From Bugula neritina (Eukaryota > Animalia > Bryozoa): a stretch of DNA of 64,000 nt. Under the pieces are notes generated by a model. It was not told the origin of the DNA. It did not search any database and saw nothing but the letters and a program-made list of their open reading frames with translations. Positions 26,001 through 41,000 of this stretch are shown piece by piece; position 1 is the first letter of the stretch, and each line of letters begins with the position of its first letter. Location of the stretch: positions 569,680 to 633,679 of the forward strand of contig OZ037767.1 of assembly GCA_964035545.1 (NCBI GenBank), given 5' to 3'. A program made the position numbers and the translations under genes.

Positions 26001-29000
26001 GTTGCAATTTAAACTTGGAGCAAAGGGCATTATAAATAGCATGTATTACTATACTGTGTATTACTATACTGTATATAATATACTGTGTATTACTATACTG
26101 TGTATTACTATACTGTGTATTACTATACTGTGTATTACTATACTGTATATAATATACTGTGTATTACTATACTGTGTATTACTATACTGTGTATTACTAT
26201 ACTGTGTATTACTATACTGTATATAATATACTGTGTATTACTATACTGTGTATTACTATACTGTGTATTACTATACTGTGTATTACTATACTGTGTATTA
26301 CTATACTGTGTATTACTATACTGTGTATTACTATACTGTGTGTTACTATACTGTGTGTTACTATACTGTGTATACTATACTGTGTATTACTATACTGTGT
26401 ATTACTATACTGTGTATTACTATACTGTGTATACTATACTGTGTATTACTATACTGTGTATTACTATACTGTATATACTGTATACTGTGTATACTATACT
26501 GTGTATTACTATACTGTATATTACTAAACTGTGTATTACTATACTGTGTGTTACTATACTGTGTATTACTATACTGTATATACTATACGGTGTATTATGT
26601 GCTGATACGGTGTATTATGTGCTGATACGTAGCTCTTGTTCTTACTTATATTTAGGATTATGTAAAGAAAAGGGGCCTCATGCCACACTATGATAAGACT
26701 CTGGCTAGAGTACAATCTCTGGCTAAAATCTACCAAGAGCATGACCAGACTGGTGAGTGGTTTATAGGCTGTGTATAGAGTATAGACTGTGTATATAATA
26801 TAGTATATAATATAGTATATAGTATATAGTATATAGTATAGTATATAGTATAGTATATAGTATATAGTATAGTATATAGTATAGTATATAGTATAGTATA
26901 TAGTATAGTATATAGTATAGTATATAGTATAGTATATAGTATAGTATATAGTATAGTATATAGTATATAGTATAGTATATAGTATAGTATATAGTATAGT
27001 ATATAGTATAGTATATAGTATAGTATATAGTATAGTATATAGTATAGTATATAGTATAGTATATAGTATAGTATATAGTATAGTATATAGTATAGACCGT
27101 GTAGTAACACGCCAGTCGTGTAGCTAGTATGCAGTTGAAGGTCGGCCTCGCAGTCTGTCTGTTAACGTCAAATCAGTATGAAATTATTACCAATGTCAAC
27201 GTTGAAAAATTACCCTGTGCAACAAAATTTGTAGACAAGAGTGAAGCTGATAAAATAAACAAGGCATTGGAGCACATAGACGACAGATGGCAGAAGTTAG
27301 TGGTGGAGATAGGCTCTATAGAGACCATGCTACAGGAGACTATCAGTCACTGGAAGAAGTACAAGGCGTGTAAGGACTCCTTGCTGAGGTACATGGAGGA
27401 GGCTGAGAGAATGCTGGACGCTCCCACAGAGAAACAGATGGTACGTCACAACCAGTCACATCACGTCACGACTTGCGTACAGTCACATCACGTCACCACT
27501 TGCGTAGAGCCACTACTTGCGTAGAGTCGTGTATTGCGTTGCTAATCTTATCATTATAATATTTAATTGTGTGAAACAACCTTATCAGCTGGAAGTACTC
27601 ATTCTCCTTGACATAAGTAGGATTGTTGTGTTGAGTTGCTGTAGTGATATGCTCCAGTATACTATAGTATAGTAAATTAGTAAATGGAGGGTTGATTTTG
27701 ATTCCCAACAATTAAGAATAATTTGTTGGTTGGCTAGTTGTGTGTATCTCGGTTAATTGATTTATTATTACATTATATATTGTTGTATAAACAAAAGCAG
27801 TATACGCCTCAACATGTTTGTGTCTTCCTGTATGGGTCATTTTATTTAATTTAGTACACACTGGAAACCAAGCGAAATTAAAAATAACCTTGATTATTTA
27901 GGTGTATTTATTGATATTTTATTAGTTTTAGGTAAAAACCCATGTTCATTAGCAGCTAAATTGTGAAAAATAGCTAAAAACTAGAAATTTCCAGTGTGTA
28001 CTAAATTAAGTAAAATGACCCATATATATATTACGTCTCATAAGTGTGTAGGTAGCAGCTTCAGTTGTCTTCTCCTACTTCACATATAACTACTTTTGAG
28101 CTTCAACAGCGAGAATATGATTCTTAAAATAAATTTTGAAATGTGTAAACTAATGTATGAATTTCTTCAGACGTTCTTCCGAGACCTGGAGGGGTGGAAG
28201 GAGAAGCACACGGCGCTGAACGAGTCTGGCAGTTTCCTCATAGAGACGTGTGATGAGTCGGTAGTTCTGGAGCTGGAGGAGTCGCTGCTGCTGCTGAACA
28301 GAAGGTGGAAGGAGATCTGCGACAGCGTTGACCAGTTCAGACAGACCCACACTTTTGAGCAGAGAGCCAAACAGTTTGACCAAGGTTATACACATAGCAT
28401 ACATATAGCATCCACATAGCATGTATCTAGTATACATATAGCATATATATAGCATGTATCTAGTATACACATAGCATACATATAGCATATATATAGCATG
28501 TATCTAGTATACACATAGCATACATATAGCATATATATAGCATATACTATATAGCATACTATATAGCATATATATAGCATATATAGCATATACTATATAG
28601 CATATACTATATAGCATACTATATAGCATATATATAGCATATATAGCATATACTATATAGCACATATAAGGCATATTCATGGCATAAACATAACATATAC
28701 TTAATGACTGCAGATTATAACCCCTTTTACAATTTTTATATAATGCATATTTGCCACGCTTGTCTACAGCTGCTGCCCCACTTGTCTGTAGCTGTTAGAG
28801 GCAGACAGTGGTGCGCATATTGCCTGGCAGGCACTGACAGGCAGCAGCCAAATTACTAGACTATGTAACATTATTATTATTAGATGTTTACATGAAACCT
28901 AGAATGTGTAACAAGAGAGTTGAGTTGGTGAGAAAACTTAGCAGAGAGAGTGTCAATCATTCAGATACTTTGTATATTACCAGAGGGTGAATGGACTGAG

Positions 29001-32000
29001 GTGTTTAATTATATTTAACATAGTTTACCTAAGTTATCCTTATGCCTGTATATCAGCTGAAATTGATTTTTTCAAATACATTGTACTTCCCTTTAGCTAT
29101 CAGAGCAGAATTAAATTGATGCGATTAAGACCAGTTCAGTGTCCTGTAATGATGTTTCTATTCTATCTGCTTATCAGTTCCTCCCACTTGTTATCATTTT
29201 CAGCTTCTTTACAAACAATTGTTATCATTTTTCAGCTTTTTTATGACCACTTGTTAAATTATGTTCTCGCAAGAAAGTCAACCTGCACCTCACAACAAAA
29301 ATCATAATAAATAAAGAACTTTGGCTATTAAAATGTCTCCGTTAGCACACCCAGATGTGGTATTCTTCGGTGTATAACAGGTTGCTCTAGTCTTAGCTGC
29401 TACTGTCACAGCTTAGTATGTTTAAGTCATATAACCTTGCACTGAAAGTTAGCTCAATATTACTCTAATTACAGTTATAATGTCATAGTATAACATACAG
29501 TGTCATAGTATAACATACAGTGTCGTAGTATAGCATACAGTACATAGTATAGCATACAGTGTCGTAGTATAACATACAGTACATAGTATAACATACAGTA
29601 TATAGTATAACATACAGTACATAGTATAACATACAGTACATAGTATAACATACAGTACATAGTATAACATACAGTATATAGTATAACATACAGTACATAG
29701 TATAACATACAGTATATAGTATAGCATACAGTGTCATAGTATAACATACAGTATAGTAGTATAATGTACAGTGTCATAGTATAACATACTGTGTCGTAGT
29801 ATAACATCAGAATTATCATATAACGTACATGGTCACCAAATTTAACTTCTAATTAAATTTCTGAATAATTTTATCTCTAGAGTTGATATTTGAATGCTTA
29901 GAATGTGTATGTTTAAACTAGAGATTGGTCTGATATCATGTTTAATAGTTGTCAATGTTTTTTAATTGACATTCTTACTCTCTGTTACACATCCAGTCAT
30001 CTAGCATACTTTTGAATAATAAGATGAATTATGATTCAATATAATAAGATACAATATGATATAGTCTGATATTAAACAATATAATGTGATATAATGCAAC
30101 AAAATATAATGATATTACATAATGTGACACAGATGAGTCATAGCATTTAACTTCAGCATGAAAAGTGTTGTCTGGGGGGGGGGGGGGGGGGAGTTTTGGA
30201 TTCTCTACGTGTAGCCTACTACGTTTTCAGTTTCTCTACGTGTAGTCTACTATGTTTTCAGATTCTCTACGTGTAGCCTACTATGTTTTCAGTTCTAACA
30301 CATAATTGACACCACAAATTAAGTAAGATTTCTGTAAGCCTATATTTATTATTTATTGATTATTATATAACATATAGTATATAGCATATAGTATGTAACA
30401 TATAGTATATAACATATAGTATATAACATATAGTATATAACATATAGTATGTAACATATAGTATGTAACATATAGTATATAACATATAGTATGTAACATA
30501 TAGTATGTAACATATAGTATATAATATATAGTATATAATATATAGTATATAATATATAGTATATAACATATAGTATATAAAATATAGTATGTAACATATA
30601 GTATGTAACATATAGTATATAACATATAGTATATAACATATAGTATATAACATATAGTATGTAACATATAGTATGTAACATATAGTATATAACATATAGT
30701 ATGTAACATATAGTATGTAACATATAGTATATAATATATAGTATATAATATATAGTATATAATATATAGTATATAACATATAGTATATAAAATATAGTAT
30801 GTAACATATAGTATATAAAATATAGTATGTAACATATAGTATGTAACATATAGTATATAACATATAGTATATAACATATAGTATATAATATATAGTATAT
30901 AACATATAGTATATAACATATAGTATGTAACATATAGTATGTAACATATAGTATATAACATATAGTATGTAACATATAGTATATAACATATAGTATGTAA
31001 CATATAGTATATAACATATAGTATATAACATATAGTATATAATATATAGTATGTAACATATAGTATATAACATATAGTATATAACATATAGTATGTAACA
31101 TATAGTATGTAACATATAGTATATAATATATAGTATATAATATATAGTATATAATATATAGTATATAACATATAGTATATAAAATATAGTATGTAACATA
31201 TAGTATGTAACATATAGTATATAACATATAGTATATAACATATAGTATATAACATATAGTATGTAACATATAGTATGTAACATATAGTATATAACATATA
31301 GTATGTAACATATAGTATGTAACATATAGTATGTAACATATAGTATGTAACATATAGTATATAACATATAGTATATAACATATAGTATATAACATATAGT
31401 ATATAACATATAGTATATAACATATAGTATATAACATATAGTATATAACATATAGGTAGTATTAAGCTGTTAAGTGATATATTTATTGTTAATAGATTTG
31501 AAGAAGAAGTTGACGTGGCTACAGAACTCAGCCATTGTCTTCAAATATCCAGCTGAATGCACGTCTGAAGAGGTCAAGTCTCAGATTGAGCATCTAGAGG
31601 TCAGTGTGTCTGGCAGCGGCAGCAGAGACAGCTCATGTCACTCTGGCATCACGCTGATTAAACCATTGCTATTTATAGAATATAATGGAGGGGAATGGTT
31701 GCCACACAATCTTGTCTTGAAAAGCCATAAACTGTTTCCCTCTGTGTTATGTAATGTCATATCTATACTGTGTGTTGTATTACTATCATACTATTAGACT
31801 AAGGTTTGGGTACAATGTACAACACATTCAATAAGTAGCCCGTGTTTCTATGTCTGTCTAAAGTCTTGCTGAGGGGTCACCTGGCCAGCCTCCCTTAGAA
31901 CTCAAAGTTACTGCTCGCTGATAAGACCTCTAAAGTTGCATTATATAGGTCATTTTACTTAGTTTAGTACACACTATATATTTCTAGTTTTAGCTATTTT

Positions 32001-35000
32001 TCCAGGTTTAGCAGCTAATGTGTATACATAGTTTCTTGTATTAAACTGAAAGAATATTAACTAATACAGCTGAATAATCAAAGCTTTTTCTAATTCATTG
32101 CTTGGTTTTCTATGTTTTTTTTAATTCTTTTAGTAAATTTAGGTGTGCTTTACATGACTGCTTTTCCATCGGCTGTATTTGTTAATATTCGGTCAGTTTA
32201 CTGCTAGAAACTACATACATTAGCTGGTAAACTAAACAGCTGAAGACTAGAGACATACCGTGTGTACTAAATCACCCATATTTTATTTGTAATAAATAAG
32301 TAACCAGATGATTCCTTTTGCTCTCTTATAACACAATTTACTGTAAATTTTTATGTTGAATATAAAAGTGAATTTAAAAATGTTATTTGCTTATTTATAT
32401 GCATTTGATGAGCTTTATACACTCATTGTAAAGTATTGTTATATACTCATTGTAGAGTATTGTTATATGTTCATAGTAAAGTATTGTTATATGTTCATAG
32501 TAAAGTATTGTTATATTCATATATATATGCAGACGGTCATCCTATACTAAGAAGAGATACTGCAGTAATAATTAGTTGTCTTCCCCTGACACTCACAGTA
32601 CAACTATATGTATATAGATTATAGTATCTACTTCAGTTGTTAGGATACTAACTATAGTAACAGTTGCTCACCGATCTCTTCACTCAATCCACCCTTTCTT
32701 CTAGGAACTTACCGTAGAGCTCACTGAGATGAGCGAGAGCTTGAAAGAGACGTCACGGGCCGCCAACCAACTCTCCAAGCAGTGTACCGAGCAAGTAGCC
32801 AAGGCTATGATTGCTAAAGTAAAACAGGTCAAGGAAATGTATCAGCAAGTTCAGAGGGGTGTGAGTGAAAGGTGAGAAATATGGGCTATGCTACGTTGCC
32901 ATTATGTAGGGGGGTGTGGGGGTTATTGCTGCGAGAGCTGTGCTGTATATAAATATTTACGTAATATGACACCGAGTTGCTAGTTGTAATTAGCAGTTGT
33001 TAACTGCCATCTGATTAGTTGTTAACCATGTGTGCTATTGGTTGTTAACCATGTGTGCTATTGGCTGATAGGCTGGCTACACTGAAGCATGCTCTCCCCC
33101 TGATAGACAGTCTGTATGAGTCACTGCCAGACCTGGTGGAGTGGATAAGTAAGGGGGAGAGTCTGATAGCAGAGGGAAAGTCGAGTAGCTCAATGGACAT
33201 ACAGCAGTACGCCCAGCGACTACAGGTACTGTAGTAGTTACTACACTGTATACTCTACAGTACGCACAGCCACTACAGGTACTGTAGTAGTTACTACACT
33301 GTATACTCTACAGTACGCCCAGCGACTACAGGTAATGTAGTAGTTACTACACTGTATACTCAACAGTACGCCCAGCGACTACAGGTACTGTAGTAGTTAC
33401 TACACTGTATACTCAACAGTACGCCCAGCGACTACAGGTACTGTAGTAGTTACTACACTGTATACTCAACAGTACTCCCAGCGACTACAGGTACTGTAGT
33501 AGTTACTACACTGTATACTCAACAGTACGCCCAGCGACTACAGGTACTGTAGTAGTTACTACACTGTATACTCAACAGTACGCCCAGCGACTACAGGTAC
33601 TGTAGTAGTTACTACACTGTATACTCAACAGTACGCCCAGCGACTACAGGTACTGTAGTAGTTACTACACTGTATACTCAACAGTACGCCCAGCGACTAC
33701 AAGTACTGTAGCAGTTACTACACTTTTTGCAGGCTCATTTTGATGAAATGCCAACTTACAGAAATATGCTGACATCGAAATCCAAATCCTTTCACAAACT
33801 GGTGCGGTATGCCCAAGAGTGTGTAGACATAGAGCCATTGAAAGAGAGGCTTGCCGACATCAACCAACGGTTCATTGTGAGTGCACACTGCCTGCTGACT
33901 TATACAGTCTATGCTTGCTATTGTGACATTCTGTGACATATACACACCTGCCCAAGAGTGTTGCAGGTGCTAGTGTGACATTATATGACATAGAAACACC
34001 TGGCCAAAGGGTGTTACTATTGGAGTGTATTGACTGTGTGTTGTAGAGCTGTCCAAGTGTATATTGACTGTGTGTTGTAGAGCTGTCTGAGTGAAGCCAA
34101 GGGGGTAGAGTCACTGGTCGGGTCTCAGTTAGACTCACTCACTGTGTTTGAAGAGAGATACGCAGAGCTGACTAAACTCCTCGAGCTGTGTCCCTCCTCG
34201 CTAGTGGTGGATCCAGGTATGCCCCCTGACGAGGCCCTCAGGCAGCACAAGCGGTTGTTCAACCAGGAAGTGCCGGAAGCAGTGAAATCTCTACAGGAAG
34301 TGGCTCAGCAGTTGTCTCAACCTGACAATACCATATTACAGCGACTCAAACAGGTGCGGCTTTTCCTCCAAGTCAGTAAGCAGCATATTGATTGGCTATA
34401 GTTAAACTCATTGTGATTGGCTATAGTTAAACTCATTGTGATTGGCTATAGTTAAACTCATTGTGATTGGCTATAGTTAAACTCATTGTGATTGGTTATT
34501 ATTAAATGCTTTGAAGTAGGTGAAATCCCTTTTGCGCCGCCAACTATATAAATATATTATTAATAATATGTAATATTACATAATATTAATATAGGAGTTA
34601 TAACAATATATATTATACCAATAGCCTATATACTAATATACGATATACAATGACAAGGAAAGACAACTGCTTCTATTTCTACGTATTAGATTGAAGATCA
34701 GTGGAATACCTACAAACAGAACGGACACGTTCATCAGAAGCTTCTAGAATACAGAATACCAGCATTGCAAGCTGATCAACTCCTTGACCAATCACAACAG
34801 TGCATCACAGAAATTAGCCAATCACTGGCAGAGGGCGAATATGACCAGCGTGTGTGGACTCTACTTCAGGTGAAAGAGTGGATCGTGTCTTGTGTGATCT
34901 TGGCCAATGAAAGTGCACTAGTACTAATACCTGCAGGAACTTTGTTAATATTGCTGACGATTTCAAGTTTACTGTTTGACTCAAACCTGATTAAATCTTT

Positions 35001-38000
35001 ACAGAAAGTTGGAGACACGCCGGGCAGTCTTCTGTCGACAGCTGAGCAGTTGCTGGTCCAGGCAGGGGAGACAACTAGAGGTGCTCCTGCTGACGCTGCC
35101 AAGACTCATGCTGCCGTCAAATTGCGTCTAGACAGTCTGCGTCACGAGACCCGGGCCTTGACCCAGCTGCGTAGAGCTCACGACAGAGTTCAAGGTCACC
35201 AGGCACAAGTCAGCAAAGTCAGCCAAGAGTTGGAAAGTCTTTCTTCCAACCGGAATACAAGGAATAAACTGCAGCAGACGGAGGTGAGTGTATACAGTAT
35301 AATATACCATATACAGTATACCAGTTGTTGTTATATACTATATATAGTATACCAGTTGTTGTTTTATACTATATAGAGTATACCAGTTGTTGTTATACAC
35401 CATATAAAGTATACCAGTTGTTGTTATATACAGTATACCAGTTGTTGTTATACACCATAATTATACAGTATACCAGTTGTTGTTATATACTATATACAGT
35501 ATACCAGTTGTTGTTATATACAGTATACCAGTTGTTGTTATATACTATATACAGTATACCAGTTGTTGTTATTCACCATATACAGTATACCAGTTGTTGT
35601 TATTCACCATATACAGTATACCAGTTGTTGTTATATACTATATACAGTATACCAGTTGTTGTTATTCACCATATACAGTATACCAGTTGTTGTTATATGC
35701 AGTATACAGTATACCAGTTGTTGTTATACACCATATAGAGTATACCAGTTGTTGTTATACACCATATACAGTATACCAGTTATGTCTCACTCAACAGGCA
35801 CTACAAGCTGAACTCGTGCAGCACAAGTCCTCAATACAGGAAACACTTGACAACCTCCAGTCAGTGTCCAAAGATGGCGGGTCGTATGCACCAGCTGAGC
35901 CTCTTATACAGCAGACCATGACACTCCTTGCAAGGTGCTCCAACAACCTGTCAGAACTGAGTGACATCAAGGAGACTGGAGGTGTCACTCTGCAGACTGC
36001 CCAGCGTTACTCTTCTGACATGCAGGTAATTAGGTCACATGGCACGTCTCTGTTAGTAAGTAGGTCACATGACATGTCTCTGTCAGTAAGTAGGTCACAT
36101 GGCACGTCTGTCAGTAAGTAGGTCACATGACACGTCTCAGTTAGTAAGTAGGTCACATGACACGTCTCTGTCAGTAAGTAGGTCACATGACACATCTCTG
36201 TCAGTAAGTAGGTCAGTTGTGACAGAGACAGTTTAATGTTGCTAGGATACAACTGTTGCCATAGTTACTATTGATGTATACGTAGCCTTAGCTCTTACAA
36301 GTTTCCTGTTGTAGAAACTGCAACACTGGATGGATAAGACTGAATCCTACTTAAATGGTGCTACATTTAAATGCTCAAGTTTGGAACATTTTACCGAGCT
36401 TAGTCAGGCTTTTGAGGTGAGTCACTCCGGCCAATGAGTCATCTGAACTTCATCTGACCTTGAGTCAGCATCCAGGCTTTCTCCCGGCTGCTATCTTATA
36501 ACTGATGGATTTAATGAAATGTTGTTTTATATAATAACCATTTGTACTGTTACATATTATGTACTGTTACATATTATGTACTGTTACATAACATGTACTG
36601 TTACATATTATGTACTGTTACATATTATGTACTGTTACATATTATGTACTGTTACATGTTATGTACTGTTACATATGATGTACTGTTACATGTTATGTAC
36701 TGTTACATATGATGTACTGTTACATGTTATGTACTGTTACATATTATGTACTGTTACATATTATGTACTGTTACATGTTATGTACTGTTACATAGGAATA
36801 CTCACTTGTTACTCTGTCTGCAGAATTGTATGAGTGAGTGTGACACACAAGACGAGGTGTATGTTCAGGCCTGTGAGGCTGTGAAGTCCCTGGATGAGTC
36901 AGACTTAGAGCTCCACCCATCCAAGTTGGAGAGTAGATGGAAGACTATCGTAAAACTCAGCCAACGATGCAAGAACCTACGCAATGCTGCTGGGAGTTGC
37001 TGGAACACAGGTATAGTTGTTCGTCTGCCTTCATGAGTCATGTTACCTGTGAAAGTTGCTAGGAGATCGTAAGTCACTATAAGGCTATTAAATGCATTGT
37101 GAAGCTCATATTCAACCAACAATACATGCTTTCAGTTACTGATAACCAGAGAGCTGTGACAGCTGCCTTAGGCGACTTAAAAGATGAGATTGACCAATCA
37201 GATATCAGGTCAACATTATCAGACGATCAGCTAGCACTCAACACAAACAAAGTCCAGGTTAGTAAGAGAGGAATTCGTTGTTCTGTGAGAATCAGCCAGT
37301 TGTGATGAAAATCCTGTGTGTTCGTCTGTAACTGCCTGTAGCTGTGTAACGTCTGCAGCTGTGTGTAACGTCTGCAATGGTTTCCTTACAGGAACTGGAA
37401 ACTCAACTGACCAGTGCCAGGGCTCAGCACAACTCTATGATAGAGGCTGTTGAGAAGGCAACTCCTTATGCTAGTGACGAGGGGTTTGAGAGTTTACACT
37501 CTTCTGTCGCCAGATGTAAAGAGCAGCTTGACAAAGTCAGCGGCTCTCTGCAGGTATAAAACCTCTACCTCCACCTCTACCTCCTGCTCTATCACTCTCT
37601 ACTCTACCACTCTCTACTCTGTCACTCTCTACTCTGTCTACTCTGTCACTCTCTACTCTGTCACTCTCTACTCTGTCACTCTCTACTCTGTCACTCTCTA
37701 CTCTGTCACTCTCTACTCTGGATACTCTCTACTCTATCAGTCTATATTATTTTTAAATATACCTGTAGTACTGAAAGTTTAAGTATGATTTTAGGAAGCC
37801 AGAAATCTCCTTGCTGAAAACAAAGCGAAACTGCAGCAGTTTCACGACCTTGAATCTGAGGTCAACTCTGGACTGGACAGAGTCAAGACTAAGGCTGAAG
37901 AGCCAACTCATGTGGTGTTTGGGATGAGTACCAAGCCCGCAGCAAATGAGCTGAGGGTAAGTGCTAGAGATATGCTGGTTTAACTGAAGCATGTTGTAAG

Positions 38001-41000
38001 GTATTGAGTGTGTCTGACACACCTTATACACTTACAGAACACAGTGAATGAGTGCACACACACCCAATCTACTGCCAGCAAACTCTCGTCCTTTCTCAAG
38101 TCCTGGACGAGTTTACCTGTGGGAGAGGTGAGAGAGTATGGCAAGGCTATCAAATCAGCAACCAATCAACTCGCTAGCACCCAACGAGCTCTAGAAACTC
38201 GTATATCTGCTCTGGACAACTTGTCTGGCATCTTTGAGGAGCATCACACAATCAAAGACGGCATCAAAAGGTGAGTTTAAAACACACACCTACTCCTTGT
38301 ATTTACCTACTCCTTTTATTTACCTACTCCTTGTATTTACCTACTCATTGTATTTACCTACTCACTATATTTACCTGCTCATTGTATTTACCAACTCATT
38401 GTATTTACCTACTCATTATATTTACTTTCACATTGATTACTAGAAGTAAATAACACTTTGATAAAAATAAATAGTCTATGACATACAGTAGAGGTGGTTT
38501 CCATGTTTTATATATTTATGATTTATATCATGAGATACATGGGGATTTGTACTGTTGAGTCTTTTATGGTGAAATTCAAACAGCGTGCTTAGCTGTAGCG
38601 ATATGATTGAATCTAGTTTTGTAAAATAAAATATAATTTGTTATTGTTATATAATATACAATATAATTTGTTATTGTTATGTACCATATGATGTGATTGG
38701 CTATAGCTGTGTACCATATGATGTGATTGGCTATAGCTGTGTACTATGTACAGAGTAAACTGATTTCTTACAGACTGAACTCCAGGATATCTCTGCTAGA
38801 TCTGGACGATGAGAGTCTCACACGTCTGCAAGATGAAAAAGCAGACGTTGCCTCTTCCCTCACTCACTGTCTAAACTCTGCTGGGTCATTGGATGACACT
38901 GTTTCTAACCTCGGAGTTGTAGTGCATACGGACAGTCAGTCTGGGCCTGCTATTGAGCTGTATGATCACACCAAGAAGGTGTGGCATGCTGTCTTGTAAT
39001 ACTAAAATAAATACTGACTGAATTTCTTTTCTTTGGTCACTGTATGCTCAGTTTTAAACTATTGTCCTTCTTGCTTGGAAATAATAGTTTCAGTAGTTGC
39101 ACTATCAAAATTGTTGACTGAATATTAGGCACAATGCACAGGGCTTACAGTAACCAGTTACCATAATCTGTTACAGCTGTCCTCAGAGCTGGCAGAAGTT
39201 GACAATAAATTAGACTCCAAGAAGTCAGCTGCTCAGAAAGCGGAAGAGATCAAGCAGACGGCGAGCAGCACAGCTGTGGAGACTAGACAGAACATCAGTG
39301 GCATAGAGGCCATTGTGAAACAGACTGCTGGTCGTGTCAAGGTGATAGATGAACTGAAGAATCTAGAGGCAGAGTTGCAGGTGTCTAGGAAGAAGGTGAA
39401 GCGTATCAGAGGAAGGGAAGTGGAGGATATGAGGTCAGGGCTGAGCAATCTGAGTAAAGTTGATGCCGTGCGAGCTAGTAAGGTGTCAGCTGAGGTGTCA
39501 GACATTGCTCAGAAGGTAGAGAGACTGGATAGCGACCTGAGCAGTCAGGTGAGTGTGTGTAGATACACCTGCAGTCAGGTGAGTGTGTGTAGATACATCT
39601 GCAGTCAGGTGAGTGTGTGTAGATACATCTGCAGTTAGGTAAGTGTGTGTGTAGATAGTCTGTTGATTCAGCTGCATTTTGATTGGTTGTAGGAAGAGCA
39701 GTGCAGACGTCTGGTAGACCTGTGGTCTGTCTATGAGCAGTCACATGATGAACTAGAACACATTGCTGACGAGAATATTGGTGTGTTGACCAATAGCAAG
39801 GCTTCTACCAACAAGGCTCAGGCCCAGACTCGACTAGACCAGTTGCAGGTAACTTCTCACTGTGGCTCTCCTTTCCTCTTGAAATGGGTGTTTATATAAC
39901 TTTAGTTTCTCTGATCCCATCCACCCTCTCTCCTCTCTGTAGGCACTGGAGGCAGCTCTGTCCAACCAGAAGTTGCAAGTGGAATATGTCACAGCCAAGG
40001 GTCAGCAGGTAGAGACTGAGGTCAGGGAATTCATACCTGAGTTCACACCTGATCACCTCAGACTGAAGACAGCAAGTTTAAATGAGAAGTGGTCTAGCTA
40101 TGAGCAGGTGAGTGTGACACACTGTGTAAAGTACTTGTACTGTATGTAGTTACTATGAGCAGGTGAATGTAACACACTGTGTAAGGTGCTTGTGCTGTGT
40201 GTAGTTACTATGAGCAGGTGAATGTGACACACTGTGTAAGGTGCTTGTACTGTGTGTAGTTACTATGAGCAGGTGAATGTGACACACTGTGTAAGGTGCT
40301 TGTGCTGTGTGTAGTTACTATGAGCAGGTGAGTGTGACACACTGTGTAAGGTGCTTGTACTGTATGTAGTTACTATGAGCAGGTGAGTGTGACACACTGT
40401 GTAAGGTGCTTGTACTGTGTGTAGTTACTATGAGCAGGTGAGTGTGACACACTGTGTAAGGTGCTTGTACTGTATGTAGTTACTATGAGCAGATGAGTGT
40501 GACACACTGTGTAAGGTGCTTGTACTGTGTGTAGTTACTATGAGCAGGTGAGTGTGACACACTGTGTAAGGTGCTTGTACTGTGTGTAGTTACTATGAGC
40601 AGGTGAGTGTGACATATTGTGTAAGGTGCTTGTACTGTATGTAGTTACTATGAGCAGATGAGTGTGACACACTGTGTAAGGTGCTTGTACTGTGTGTAGT
40701 TACTATGAGCAGGTGAGGGTGACACACTGTGAAGTAAAACCTGATAAAAAGTTGTAGCATAAAATTTCTTTTTAGCTACTTCTCGAAGCCAAGCAAAAAT
40801 CTGAAACTGAAATGAAGAAATGGATTGAGGCGGAGTCTGTTAGCAGGTCACTTACTGATTGGCTGAACACAGTGGAGGCGGAGCATGAAGATGCAGACGT
40901 GGTGGGAGGTAGTCTGCTGACAGCTGAGAGAGTGGCAGACAACTACCAGTCTAAGATAGACGACCACAGAGACATGCTGGACAGGCTGAGAGCACAAACC

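Noticed and set aside
30349-31451. Long Y/I/M-rich ORFs (356-362 aa) and similar ORFs over other arrays (11688, 11720, 13283, 14734, 14755, 26085, 45928, 46479)
   Set aside because: Translations of tandem repeats that lack stops in some frames; no domain content; intronic.
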